DNA of 64,000 nt from the NCBI GenBank assembly GCA_021613535.1, contig CP075493.1:9796001-9860000 (forward strand). Direction: 5' to 3'. Both the position numbers and the translations under genes were made by a program. The notes beneath the pieces were generated by a model that saw only the letters and a list, made by a program, of their open reading frames with translations, did no database searches and was not told the DNA's origin. Positions 1-13,000 of this stretch are shown here, one piece after another. Every line of letters starts with the position of its first letter. Position 1 is the stretch's first letter. The DNA comes from Adineta vaga (taxonomy: Eukaryota > Animalia > Rotifera).

Positions 1-2826
1 TTTGTCTAAGATATATCTCTTACTTTCTTCAATGAATCAGTAGTCATCGTATAATACGTCTGAAGTGCCTTTGCACCTGTTCGAGATTCTGGTAAACTAC
101 CAGTTTTAATACACAATGGATTATTGTATAGATATGTATCGTATGGATGTTTTTCAAACAATGGACTAATCCGTGTTGTTGCAGTCTTGGACAAAGGCCA
201 TTGATTTTGTTGAAAGAAATTCGCCTTTTTAAATAATGCTAAATGTTCTTCAAGTTTAGCTCGATTACTATTTGGTTCTATTCGTGTGTTGGTAATAGAT
301 ACTTTCGAAATATTTAATTCAAGAATTTCATAATACTGTTGATTAGATTCGTCTTTTTTCTCATCTCCAACATTTTGTAATTGACGATTGTTTGAAAAAA
401 TATCCGAACTGATAATAATCTAGAATTACAACAATAATGTACCGAAGAATTCAATCGAATATTAACAAACTCGTGGTAACATTGCTTCAAGTTTGATTTC
501 TACATGTTCAAGATCAGCACTGGGTACGTCCGTTTTCAATACACCGGAATTATCCTGATAAATAAGAAGAAAATACAAAAGTCTCTTTTTCCTTTTTTCT
601 AATCAATTTACTAATGTTATCGATAGAGTGGAAATAAAAGCATGAAGCCAATTTGACGTAACAAAATCGAGGCGAAAGAGCATGGGCATTATTTGAATGT
701 ATAAATCACTATTTGGTACTAAAAAGCAACAAGAGAATATATTGATTTTGTTTAAACTGTTTTACCAGGAAATGAATAAGGTAATGGATAATAATATTCA
801 CTATGTTGAATATTAATAAGACCGAAAGTATCAGGCACTTGATAGTATGTTTTATCTGATGCAAGTAAGGGTCGACGTCGTTTTTGATGTTTATCATTTG
901 TTAGAGAAACCGGATAGAACACTAAATCATCGATATTGATAACACTACATGATTCAAATAAACGAATACGATTGGTTCGAAGAGCTTTTTCAAATCTTTT
1001 TGCTAGAAGAAGAAGAAGAATATCGACTAGTTTAGTTTGTTTTCCTCGTAAATATATGAACTTACATATATCATCATTGGGTACAGAAGCTTTAGCGATA
1101 TTGAATTGTTCTTGCCATTGTTCATATAATTTAGTTGCCCATTCATGACGATTAAATGCTTGAATTTCATTGTATTTTATCCAATGTTTTTTCGATGATC
1201 CAAATTCATGATAAGGATAATGATCGAGAGAAAGATTTGCAATAGTTACTTGAATTGCACCATTTTCAACTAGACGATCAGCTGAAGAACGAAACTTTTT
1301 TTCGTGGATCAAACAAAAATGTAATGATCTACATACTGGCAGTACCTGAATCAGCAATGATATGTAAGTCTAATCGTTTAATATTAAAATGCATCGATGT
1401 TTCAATGATATCAAATCGAGTAAAAGCATCAGTAGGTTGTTGGTCAATACTTAACTGATGAAATGGATTTGCCAATTCATATGAGCTATTTGTCGATAAT
1501 TTAGGTGGAAATGTTGTCGTTTGTCCTTGTCGTTCTGATTTCTGCAAGAGAACAAATTCTTTGTTTCAATCAAAATTCTCTACTTCACTAGATAGTTTGT
1601 AATGATATAGACTTACATTTAATTGATCTCCAACTTTTTGTTTCTTTTGTTCAGATGCTTGTTTCATTAATTGTGTAATTTCTTTATATGCATTCAATGC
1701 TGAATTGAATTGAGCATCATTAACAACAGATAGAAAATCATCAAAATTTATCATAACTCGAGATGTAACGAGAGAACTATCTGCAAAACAATCAATGATT
1801 ATTAATTTTTTAAAGAAAATCTATAAAGAAACAATACCTTGTATATTCTTCTTCATTGCAATTCGTATTCGACACGAATTTGCAATGAAACGTAATGCTG
1901 TTCCTGGAAGATTAGCATCATTCGACGAAGCTTGTATACGCGCGTTTTGCCAAGATATTTCCTTTCAAATTTACAACAAATTCATTAATAATTATACGAC
2001 AAATATGAATTCTTTTGTTACTTTAAAAAGTAGAATACGATCTTTTGCGGCATTTCGAAGACGTGTTAATGTCAATGTATCAACTCGTTTACCATTTGGA
2101 GCTGTACTATAAATGTCCAAACTAGGTAACTAAAACAAGGTAATTATAAATTTTCCATAAGAGATTGAAATGAAATATGTGCACATACACAAATCGATGC
2201 TTTAAAACCTTGTGCTTTTATTTCAAATGTAAGATTTGTAATTGTTAAAGAAATTCCATCAATAACTCGATTAACAAATCCATATTTACCCATTAAACTA
2301 TGATAAATTCAGATCCTATATATACTACGAATAGATAAAACGTTCTTACGGATCATTTGCACTCGATGAAGTCTGTACATTACGAAGTGTTTCACATGTT
2401 TCAATTTCAATCGTTACATCATCTAATTGCTATAGAAATGATTGAAAATTAAACTGAAGATCATCATCTTACTATTTGAATTGGTAATGTTTTTAAATTT
2501 GTCCAAGGTATCTAAAAAAAAGTAGTTGATAAAGTATCAAGTTTCTTCCTCAGTTTCTTAACATGAATTACTTTAATAAAAACTCGTCCACATGTTGCTT
2601 TCTGAATTTTAAGCCAACTTGGTAATTCAATCACATCTTCTAAGGCTTTTTCATCTAAATTAATTGATGATAATTCTCCTTCGCCCTTGAATGTACTTAA
2701 ATTAATTTGATTTGCCGATAGATTCTTGACAAATCTTGAAAAAAATTCAAAATTTTATTTCAAAAACTTCTTTTTTTCACACTTAGACAATCGTTTGATG
2801 AGTTGATTCTTGAGCAATGCAGCCAT
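1..2826 (-). CDS. BLTP3: Bridge-like lipid transfer protein 3 (UHRF1BP1/SHIP164-like, chorein-N), multi-exon, 3' end outside the window
   Basis: Spliced N-terminus MAALLKNQLIKRLS..FVKNLSANQINLSTFKGEGELSSINLDEKALEDVIELPSWLKIQKATCGRVFIK-IPWTNLKTLPIQI...GKYGFVNRVIDGISL matches the recalled UHRF1BP1 N-terminus (KNLSPDKINLSTLKGEG..LELPTWL). ATG at 2826. Confidence 0.9.
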
Positions 2827-3012
2827 AAATAATTCTCTAATAAGTTGAATCAATACCGAAAAAAATACATCTTTCTTATCTAGTCGTTTAGTTAGTTATT
2901 TTTTTAAATACATATATTTATTTATCGATCAAATCAAGGTCAAATTACATAGATGTCACTCGGATCTATAAAAAAAAAGCTTCTAATCAAAAGTTAATTA
3001 GATCATTTCGAT

Positions 3013-3848
3013 TTATTTTTCATTTGTTTTTAATGTGTCTTCAGTGGGTTTGATAGAAATCTGTTCAACATAATCTTTCAATTTTGCTTGTTCACTTGCA
3101 CTCGATTGACCAAAACCACGTTGCATTAAATCAATTAATTGTTGTAAGAGACGATTTGTTTCACCTAAGTTTTTGTCAATAATATGACTAACACTTCGTT
3201 CTAATGAACAGTAAGGAACTTCAAGTTCAAATGATGAACCATAAATTAATTGAATATGAGATGAAAGAAATTGTTCTAAATTTGCTTTTGATTGATTACA
3301 AGCAGGTAAGGATTTGCATCGAAGTGAAATTACTTCTGATGTTGTATATGGTGTATGAACAACATTATAAACTTGATTAATATCAAATGAACAATCGGGA
3401 TTATTTTCCGACCTTTTAAATTCCAACCAATGAAGATATATGTTATATTTAATAATGAAAAACTACAATTGATATAATCACATTGTAAAGCAATATTTCG
3501 TAAGATATAAGGTTCAACATGACGAGAATCAAAATGTAATTGAAAATTATATTCATATTCACCTGATGTCATATTAAACAAACATTGATTTGAGGTTTCA
3601 TTATTTGAAAATAATTGTATTTCATCAGTATAGAAATATTGACATGGATATCGACGATATTGAAAAATATGATGATCATAATCAAATAATCGAACTGTTG
3701 TCAGATAAGATAATGCCGGATTATCCGACCATTCAGCAACTTCACTTGGATCTCTCGTTAAACTATAACTTGGATAGAGATCACCAGCATTTAAACTGAA
3801 AGCAAGTTCAAGAAATACAAGAACAATAATGCTACACTTAGGAAACAT
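3013..3848 (-). CDS. Uncharacterised secreted Cys-containing protein with C-terminal helical region, two exons
   Basis: Signal-peptide-like MFPKCSIIVLVFLELAFS. ORFs 3330-3848 and 3013-3426 join in frame through a 56-nt GT-AG intron at 3463-3518. Confidence 0.65.
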
Positions 3849-4423
3849 TTTTGCAATACTCTTTGTACTTTATCTTCTGGAGAAAATCAAGATATATATA
3901 TATATATGATACTTTTATATGTCCGTAGTTCGTAACCTATAATAGAAAATGTTAGCTATCTATTTTTGGTAAGTATTAATAAGAAAAGTATTGGACTACA
4001 TAATTGCTATCTTCTTGCCCAAAAAGGGCGAAAATAATATTGGTTGATAGTTGATAGAAAGAACAAAGTAATTCAAGTTAAACAATAATGATCTTTTTTA
4101 CTTCTGTTTTTTTTTCGTACACAAGCAAGAAACAAAGCAAAATGAATTATTCTTCTAGTCTAATATAAAAAACAGACAATTGTATAAAAGCAGTCTCATC
4201 ATCTTCACTACCGTCCGAAAGAGAGAATAACGCAAAAGAAAGTCACAGACGTACGCGAGCGAGAGAGAGAGAAAGAGAGAAAGAGAAAATGATACTCCAT
4301 AATGAGTATTCAACATACATACACACACACACATCATGATAAGAAGATTTTTTCATATTCATTCATCAATATGATGAGTAGAAGATTTTTGTTTCAACAA
4401 AAACAAACGAAAAAGAGATTTTG

Positions 4424-6636
4424 CTATTGCGATGGTGAGCCCATATACCGAAGATCATATCGAATATTTGACGGACGAGTTTGATTTGTTTGAGAAGAGA
4501 ATGAAAGACAAGAACGAAATGTTAATGCACGTGTTCGTCGTCCTCCACCAGTGGTTTCATTTGCGCCTGTAAATTTATCATATTGTTTCGTTTCCAAACG
4601 ATATTGTCGATATTGTTCTTGATAATCTGGATCAATCATCAATCGATATTGTTTTGGTATACAGAAATCCTTGAAAAAAAAAATAAGCAAACATAAGCAT
4701 CAAATATAATATTCAACTAACACAATCTTACTTTAGAATATTCATAAAATGCTTTATAACCACCTTCAAGTAAATAAATTTCTGGATAATGTAATTGTGG
4801 ATAAGATTTTTCATGGATATTACGATCTTCTGATCGAAAGTATCTCAATCTATTAGTAAAAAGAAAAAAATTTAGATATCGATAAAGAAATAATAAACAG
4901 ATTAGCTTACAATGATGGTGCACGTTCCGATGAAAATTCACAATGAAAGATAAAAATATTTCGTTTCGATGGATCTTTCAATTCTAATGGTTGACGAAAA
5001 TATGTTTCATATACTTGTGAACGTGTATAGAGACTTTTTGCTGAGTCAATATGTCCACCTTCATATTCATAAGGATAACGACAATCGATAACATGTAAAT
5101 TTTCAATGTCAGAGGAATATTTGTTCTCCAATAGATCAACCATCTAAAGAAAAGAAAATTAATTTTTTCTTCTTATATTCATTGGAAACGTGATTATATT
5201 ACCGTTTCAGGACTAATACAAGCTAAATCAGGATGTTTTCGACTTGTACATCGTGGTAAAAGATATGACCGCGAACGATCACCAACTAAATCTCGATTTG
5301 TTCCAAGTTCAACAGATGCTTTAATTTGTTCTTCACTTGGTTCTGTTAAACTTCGGATTAACTACACAAGAAAAACAAAACAATGATTAGATATTTTTTT
5401 CTCAAGCGAATTTTAAACACAAAAGTACATACGCCCACACCACGCCGAGAACGTTTGATAAAAAGATTGTTTTCTTTGTTATCTTCTTCAAGAATTTTAC
5501 TGCGTTTGATTGAACGACAATGATCACTGTTTTCATCTTCATCAAAACTACGTTTATTGTGATTATCTTCCGGCGTTTGAACTGTTATTATGGGCATATT
5601 CTTTTCATTATCAGACAAACAGAGAGGTAATGGTTTTAATCGTCGTTGGCGACTACAAACAGGATTTGGTGTCACTGTCGAAAGAGTTTTGTCAAATAAA
5701 TTCACAAGATTATCCGAATGTGAATCTGATGATGATTGAGAACGTGTTTGCATTGAATGATGTGATTCACTTGAACGAACTTTCTTATTTGGATTTTGTA
5801 GAGCTAATGGTTGTCGTTTACTTAAACGTAATGATGCAGGTCGTGCAAGCATATTAAATCCGTAATGTTCTAGTTTCGTACGTGTAACAACATTTGTTGT
5901 TGTCATTTCTGATTTTGTCGACAACCTAAGAAAATAATTCGATACAATTAAGATAAAATAGAAGTAGATCGAAATAAGATTGTCTATCTATTGATAGTCG
6001 GTCATTTACCTCAAGGGAGGAAACATTCGTGACATGAAAGTTGACACTTGTCTATAATTGCATGAGAGAAGGAGAGCGAAAAAAAATGAGGGTAAGATCG
6101 TTGCACTTGAATGCGAAAAGGAAAAATTTTTGAAAAAAAAATGTCAACGGTCGAACGCACACTCTCCACTTGAGTGCCATCGAATTGTCAGTCATAAATC
6201 AAGTAGAACGAAATCTCTCGCCGTTCATGTGAAACTAACCATGGGATTTAGTCATTGATGAATGAAAATAGAACACTTACTGTTCATCTTGAATGATCGA
6301 ATGATGATATTCGTGTCGAACATTCCGCACTGGAAAAAAATAACAAGATTTTTTTTTCAAAAAAATTTGACTCGACGAAAAGTTTCTTACCTGAAGTTAT
6401 CGATTGTGGACTATTATCTGTTTCGTCATCGCTTGAAGAAAACACCAGTTTTCGACGAGGTGTTCGTCTAAATAGGAACAAAATTAATGATATCGTATTC
6501 ATCTCTATCGAAGTTTCAATGTAAATTTTCTCTTTTTCTCCCCATCAATTTCTTACCTTATTGTAAATCGACAACTTAAAGGAGATGCTGTCTTATTCAT
6601 GTTGACCCAATGTTCGATATCGAGTAAAGTATTCAT
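4424..6636 (-). CDS. CDC25: M-phase inducer phosphatase Cdc25/string, multi-exon
   Basis: Rhodanese-fold motifs IDCRYPYEYEGGHI, catalytic HCEFSSERAP (HCx5R) and LHYPEIYLLEGGYKAFY. Ser/basic-rich regulatory N-terminal exons. Confidence 0.95.
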
Positions 6637-7775
6637 GTAGGTGTATATATATATAGATAACTGATAAACTCTCTGAAGATAATAGTCACCACAACATAGA
6701 AAAGCAAACGAGTGATGCTATGCACATTTCATCATCATTGAACTAACGTGTATAGATTTTTTCTCTCGTCGCTTTCCCTCTCTCTCTCTTTCCCTCTTTC
6801 CTCGTTCAGATTGATGAAAAAATATTTGCTTCTCTTCTTTTCTCTTTCGCTTCTATGCTCTCAACGTTTGTCGAGCTTAACGAATTTTTTGAACGTGTGT
6901 TCAATAAACATATATAGAAAGCAACGAACAGGACACCCAGCAAGAGAAAAAAAAGAGGAAGGGGAGTGAATGGGTGGGAGACGAAATCGATGCAATGACG
7001 GATAACATCCTTTCAACACTTTTTTCCTCCCGGGAAAGCGAGTTCGTTGGAAAAGAAGAAATAACAAAAGGAAAAGAGAACGTTAGAATACGAAATTTCA
7101 ACATTGTTTTCATTTGCACTTTAATGCAGATTTAATCACATCGAACGTTATCAAAGAGTCTATACGAATGCTTGTTCGAATAGAATGAAATGAAAAGAAT
7201 AGAAAAGTTAGTTTATATTATAGACTATCTGCACATACATTTTTATAATTATATCATGTCAAACTTCAACAAACTATTCAACAAGATAGATGTGTGAGAA
7301 AAAAAATAGCAAGACAGAAGAGAATATACATAATATTTTGACAAGTTTTCTCAAACAGGTGGATAAAATCTATTGCTGATTACATCCAAAATATTCAATG
7401 TATTAGGCGCCATTTCAACTTTTTTCTTCGATGGGTCGGTTAGTGTCAAAGTGTAGGGCATGTGGTCTTCTTTTATCGTTTAATTAAACCGTCAGTTTCT
7501 TAAGTGATTCGCTTCATGTAATCTATGCATTTCAAAATAGATATAAATATATAGTTACCTGTCACTAAAGGTAGTTTTTGTTGTTTGCATTGTCTTCGAT
7601 GTTGTCAATGGATCAGTAGAGATAAATTGAGAGACAACTAGTGATAATCATTTACGAAGTTCGATTATTTATTACACTTTTTTTCGTAGGAGAAAAAAAA
7701 GCAAAGAGAGAGAGAGAGAAGAGAAGAAAAAATAACGAAGAAATTAAACAGATAGCTTTAATAAGAAAAGAATTG

Positions 7776-7813
7776 TTCTTCTGCTTCTGCTTCTTCTTCT
7801 TCTTCTTCTTCTT
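7776..7813. repeat. (CTT)n microsatellite
   Basis: Imperfect CTT run read directly from the sequence. Confidence 0.8.
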
Positions 7814-10037
7814 GTTCAAATAGACACGTCTGACTGACTGCCAGTCGTCCTATATTCGTTAATGCAGCTGTTGAAAATGAAATGATGTGAAGAAAAGATG
7901 TTGTTTTCTCTCTCGTCTTCTTTCTCTAGAACGCAAAAGAAAGCACGTCTTGTCTTTGACGAATGTGTCTAATCAGCTGATAGATCATTGTTTTGTAAAA
8001 ATCTTATGAAAAGATCTTTTCACAAGAATCTTTTAAATAATCGACAAGTGTGAGAAAAATGTCTTTGATCTCATTTGTGTTGTCTCAAATTACATTAATG
8101 TCAACTCTAACTGTGTGTTATCTCGTTTTCAAACTAAATCTATCATATCAGTTGTCAGCATCATGCTTGTTTTTTGTATCTTCTTTTAATGATCAGCATA
8201 TAGAGAGACAAGAAAGTGTCACCGAAAAATACATCACTAACAAATTCATTTGATCACCATATGACGATTGACTACTGTGAAAATGAATATAATCCTTTAA
8301 AACCAGCTTGCTATTTAGAATTGTTATCTTTCTTTGAAGATAATTTTTACTCGTTCACCAAAAAAAACAAGTTTTCATATCGAAAGCAAAAAAACTCATT
8401 AGCTATGCATAACAATACGATTCGAAATGATCATCATGTGCAACAAATTGAATGTAGAAGATACGTTAATTGATAGACCAATTATGTAACTAATTCACAT
8501 GCGTATAATTATTATGACGATGGAAATTCACACTTCGAATATTCTATTGACTTATTCCACGTGTTAAATTTGAATATGCTTAGAGTTTCATTGAAAAAGA
8601 AAACAACAATTTTCAGATCAGTTGTTTGCTCTTGCCAAGTGTAACAGTAGAGTAACCATAAGTGTTATTCGAAAGAATAAAACATGTTACGCAGCAATTA
8701 GTTTTGTCAGACAAGCGTGAATAAGCACTCTTTCACAAACAAATTAACATTAGTGATTCAATTGTTTAGAAGAAGAATGAGCAGAATTGATAAGTTTCAA
8801 AATTGTTATTAATATATAAATAAATAGAATAGGGTTTTAGTTAAAGGATGAGTCAATATTGTGAAGAGAAAATCAAAGGATAGATGACAAAGCATTGTTT
8901 TATTTAGGATCGGAAATGTTTAAATATAGAAGTTCACAAAAGGATAAATATTGTCAATGTTTTATAGTTGTTTGTTTCAATTAGCAGAGAAATGAAATGA
9001 ACGATGTTTGTGACGTTGAAATCTTGTGCTGGTTAAAAATTTCGGATTATAATTGAACTTTATATTTAACAGAGAATTAGTTGGATGATACATTATTTAT
9101 TGTTTATAATACAGATAGTTTGTCTCTGCTGTCATGTCATTTAAGTAAATGATGTGATTGTGTAAAAATCAATTTAATTAATAGTTTACTTGTGCAACAG
9201 TCAAATTTGACTTTGAGAAAAAGAAAGTAGTCGAATGAGATATTTTTGATTGCTAAAATACCAAAGAAAATATCGAACGGTCGGTTTAATGTGTGAAACG
9301 AAGAAAGATAGACAGGTTGTGGTAATCGCGATATAATTTTTTTATGAGAATATTCTAGTTTAAAAGAAAAGACAAACGTAAAAATTCTTATTTATTCGTT
9401 TGTTGCTGCTACTTTGCAACGATTTTTTTACAATGGTCTATTATTGTAGTTTTGACAATCTTTTCATCTTCCTTATCTTCATTTAGTTTGTCTAAACGGC
9501 CGAGTGATTTTTCGTGATGAAAAAATACAATCGTCGGTAGTGTTTCTATTTGAAGTGCATCTTTCCATTTCGAATCACTTCGTGCACAGACAGCTTTATA
9601 GAATAAAACTTCATTATTCTTCTCGAAATCATGTCGCCACCAAACAAGTCGTGTTTCAAGGCTTCCTCTGTCAGGAAACCTGTGTTAAACATTTAACATG
9701 AAATCACTTTCTAATAGTGAATTTTGTTAAACTCACTGGCGACCAAATATCACAGCGATGACTTTCGTAGGATTTTCCTTTGATTTCTTATATATTGCCT
9801 CCAATGAATCGAGTACTTCTAGTTTTGGATGAATTTCTTTTGGTGCACTTGTTGTCATTCTTTTTATGATTACAATACAACAGACGATTTCTTCAACATA
9901 GAGAGACGAAGAAAAAAACGAAGTATTTTCGGTGAAAAGTTTGAATTACTTGTCCTTCAATGTGATGAAAAAATTTTGCTTAGTTACAATTGTAAAACAA
10001 GAAAGGTTGTAAAAGATTACCAGTGAAGCATTTGAAA

Positions 10038-13000
10038 ATGGCGATGAAGGAATTATCAACATTAGCTGAAATAATGAAACCAAACAGATGGAAAGATCTT
10101 GTGGAAAAACAAATCAAAGAGAGCAAACTAAAGAATATTACATGTAAAATCTATTCAAAAAACGATTCAAATCTTGTAAACAATGAAACAGATTGTATCT
10201 GTGGACGTGCACTAAGGCGTCACAGTTTCATAGGCACTGCTAAAACGAAATATGGAAAAGATTGCAAGTTTGATCCAGAAGAACACACGGAAAGCACAGA
10301 ATTATCTGTGTATGGAACATTGGAGAATAATGCCAGAGTATGAATAAAACTTTGGTTGTAACAATTTGTTTTATTATTTTTTTTTATAGTTCATTAGATG
10401 TGATATGGAATGGTTTGGAACAGCTAACATCCTGTGTAAATTGATTGTTGAGGATGAAGGTGACGAAAATAAACCTGATTTATTGATATCATGCTTCGGA
10501 GGAGCTGAATATTTTAAAATGAATGACGTATTGGAGAAGGAATTTATACATGGCATAGGAGAAGTAGCTACTACGAAAGGTAAACTTTTGAACCATTAGA
10601 TAACGTTTGAAAAATTCGAAGATATTCTTCTTATTCTTCTCGGAGCATATTTTTAATAAAGTATTCTTCTATTGTGAAAGTAATAGGTTTATATAATAAC
10701 TGAAAAACTTGTCCGAAAGAATCAACTATTTATTAACTGACATGATCATTGAGGTGAATGTTACATTTAAGTATTACTCGAAATGTATGATCTGTACTTA
10801 CAATCGACAGCTTATATCAATTCTATCTATAAAATCTTTATGCATTCTATAGGTGTATGGTTTTTAACAACTGGTCTGAACAAAGGTGTTTCAAATGTTA
10901 TTGGCCAGAGTCTATATCGTCATCAGTTACTGTATCCTCAAACATCAAAATCTGTAGTAATTGGAATGACTCATTGGGGTACAGTAACACAACATACAAG
11001 AAATGTGTTGAAGAATTTAGTAAGACTTGTATTTATTATTAGTATATTTTGTTTTTGATAAGTATTTTCAAGTCGTGGTTAACTTCTGACGAAAGTGATT
11101 CAAGAAAATTAAATGACAACGAAGAAAAAACTTTGAATAAACATCATACACATTTTCTTTTACTCGATACAGGAAAGATAAATTGTTATCTTTCGGATGG
11201 TTTTCGTTCAGAATTCGTTAAACAAATGCGTGAACAAACAAAATGTTTTGCTATAACATTCATTATTGAAGGTGGTTTCGGCACATTAGAAGTTATTGAA
11301 AATGATTTGGAAGCTCATGAATCAGTTATAATAGTTCAAGGCAGTGGTCGTTTAGCTGATATACTTGGAATATTACTTGAGAAAACAAAAGATGAAACAA
11401 AACTCGAGTAATGTCTTTCGGAAAAATTATTATTACCTATATACACAGTATGTTTAGGGATCACGTAATAGAATCTTACTTGAAAAAGATTCCTTATCGT
11501 TCATTAGAAGATCAATATAAACCAATGTATCTCAAACAGACAAAACTTATATTAGAGCCAAGATTCCGCCGTTATTTGAAGATATTTCAACTACATAATG
11601 GAAGTAGCCTTACCGATACAATCTTTTCGGCCGTTATAGAGAGTACAAGTGTTCATAGATAAATTTGAAAGGAAATTTTATGTCTTATATTTCTAGCCCC
11701 AGAAGCCGTGCCTGATGGACTAAATCTTCTAGATTTAGCCATTCGCTGGAATTGTATTGATGGAGCTATGGCTCTCTGGCAGGAAGACAAAGTAAAGCAT
11801 AAAATCAATTTGCAATATGAACATATTCGCAATATTGTTTTATCCGTTTTTAGATAGATCCGAAGTTTTCTGCCGAATGGTTCGAAAAAGCACTAAAGGA
11901 AAACCGACCATCGTTTATTGACTATTATTTACGTCGAAATTTAGATCCATTAACCACAAATAAATGGATAGATAACAAAGACAAAACTGAAAAATGGATC
12001 GATAATAAGAAGTCGAAATCTCTTTTAATTGTTCCACCTACAAATCAGGATCCAAATGCTGATGATTCATCAAAAGATCTCTCTCTAAAAGACAAAGCAC
12101 GTGCGATATATGCTCTCAATTTCATTTTAGAAAAATTATATGAAAACAAAAATGCACCTCGCGAAGTAATTTGAATATTATTTGATATTTGATTTCTAAT
12201 AGTATACATTTGCTATTTTTTAGAAATCTATGATTCCAACTTCTTTGATTGAACTCAATGCTCATTATGCTAAATATGTTGGATCTTATGCTCAATCATT
12301 CTTTTTTAATAGAGAAAATGGGAAACAAATTCTCAAACATCCTTTATCAATCAAGATAAAAGTATGGCTGAGTAAAATTTGTAAGAAATCTAATACTAAA
12401 GTAGCATCGTTAAATTCTATACAAACGAACGAAGACACGCTTGACAAGTTGTGGACTAAATATAACATTCAAAAATAATATCAAACGCAAGAAATGTTAC
12501 GTGATCTCTTTCTTTGGAGTGTTTATATGGGTTACAGTGAAATAGCATTTGTTCTTTTACTTCATATTAAATCACGAATTGGTGCTGCACTATTGGCGAC
12601 TTATATAGCTCGACGTTTGGCTATAAATGCAAACAAAATGGATAGACGCCATGAGTACACCAACCAAGCAGAACTTTATGAGAAATATGCAACTACATGT
12701 ATCAATTGTTGTCATAAGTATGATGAGAATCGTGCTTGTCAATTACTTTTACGCGAAATACCACTCTTTGGAAATATCACATGTATGCAGGTGAGTTAAA
12801 TATATCGATTTATTATTAAAATAAGTACTAAATATAACCGATTTAATAGATAGCAATTGCGTCACGTAATCAATCGTTCATCAATACACATCTTTTCAAT
12901 CAAGTTCTCAAAACAGAATGGTATGGTTATCTTGACGACGATACAAATAAATCAATGTATTCTAAATGTGCTTTTATATTAAATTTATTATTCTTCGGCA

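Noticed and set aside
2280-2350. Apparent in-frame TGA in BLTP3
   Set aside because: It falls inside an intron when the downstream CATAG acceptor is used, so the frame is intact.
3414-3420. In-frame U_UUA_AAA slippery heptamer linking two overlapping ORFs (-1 ribosomal frameshift)
   Set aside because: A typical-size GT-AG intron (3463-3518) joins the ORFs more simply, such heptamers are common in AT-rich DNA, and I saw no obvious downstream stimulatory structure.
6880-7420. CHR-like (TTTGAA) and E2F-like motifs upstream of Cdc25
   Set aside because: Short or imperfect matches expected by chance at this AT content.
7100-9950. Short ORFs in the Cdc25-TRPM intergenic region
   Set aside because: Low-complexity, AT-driven translations with no motifs or consistent splice chain.
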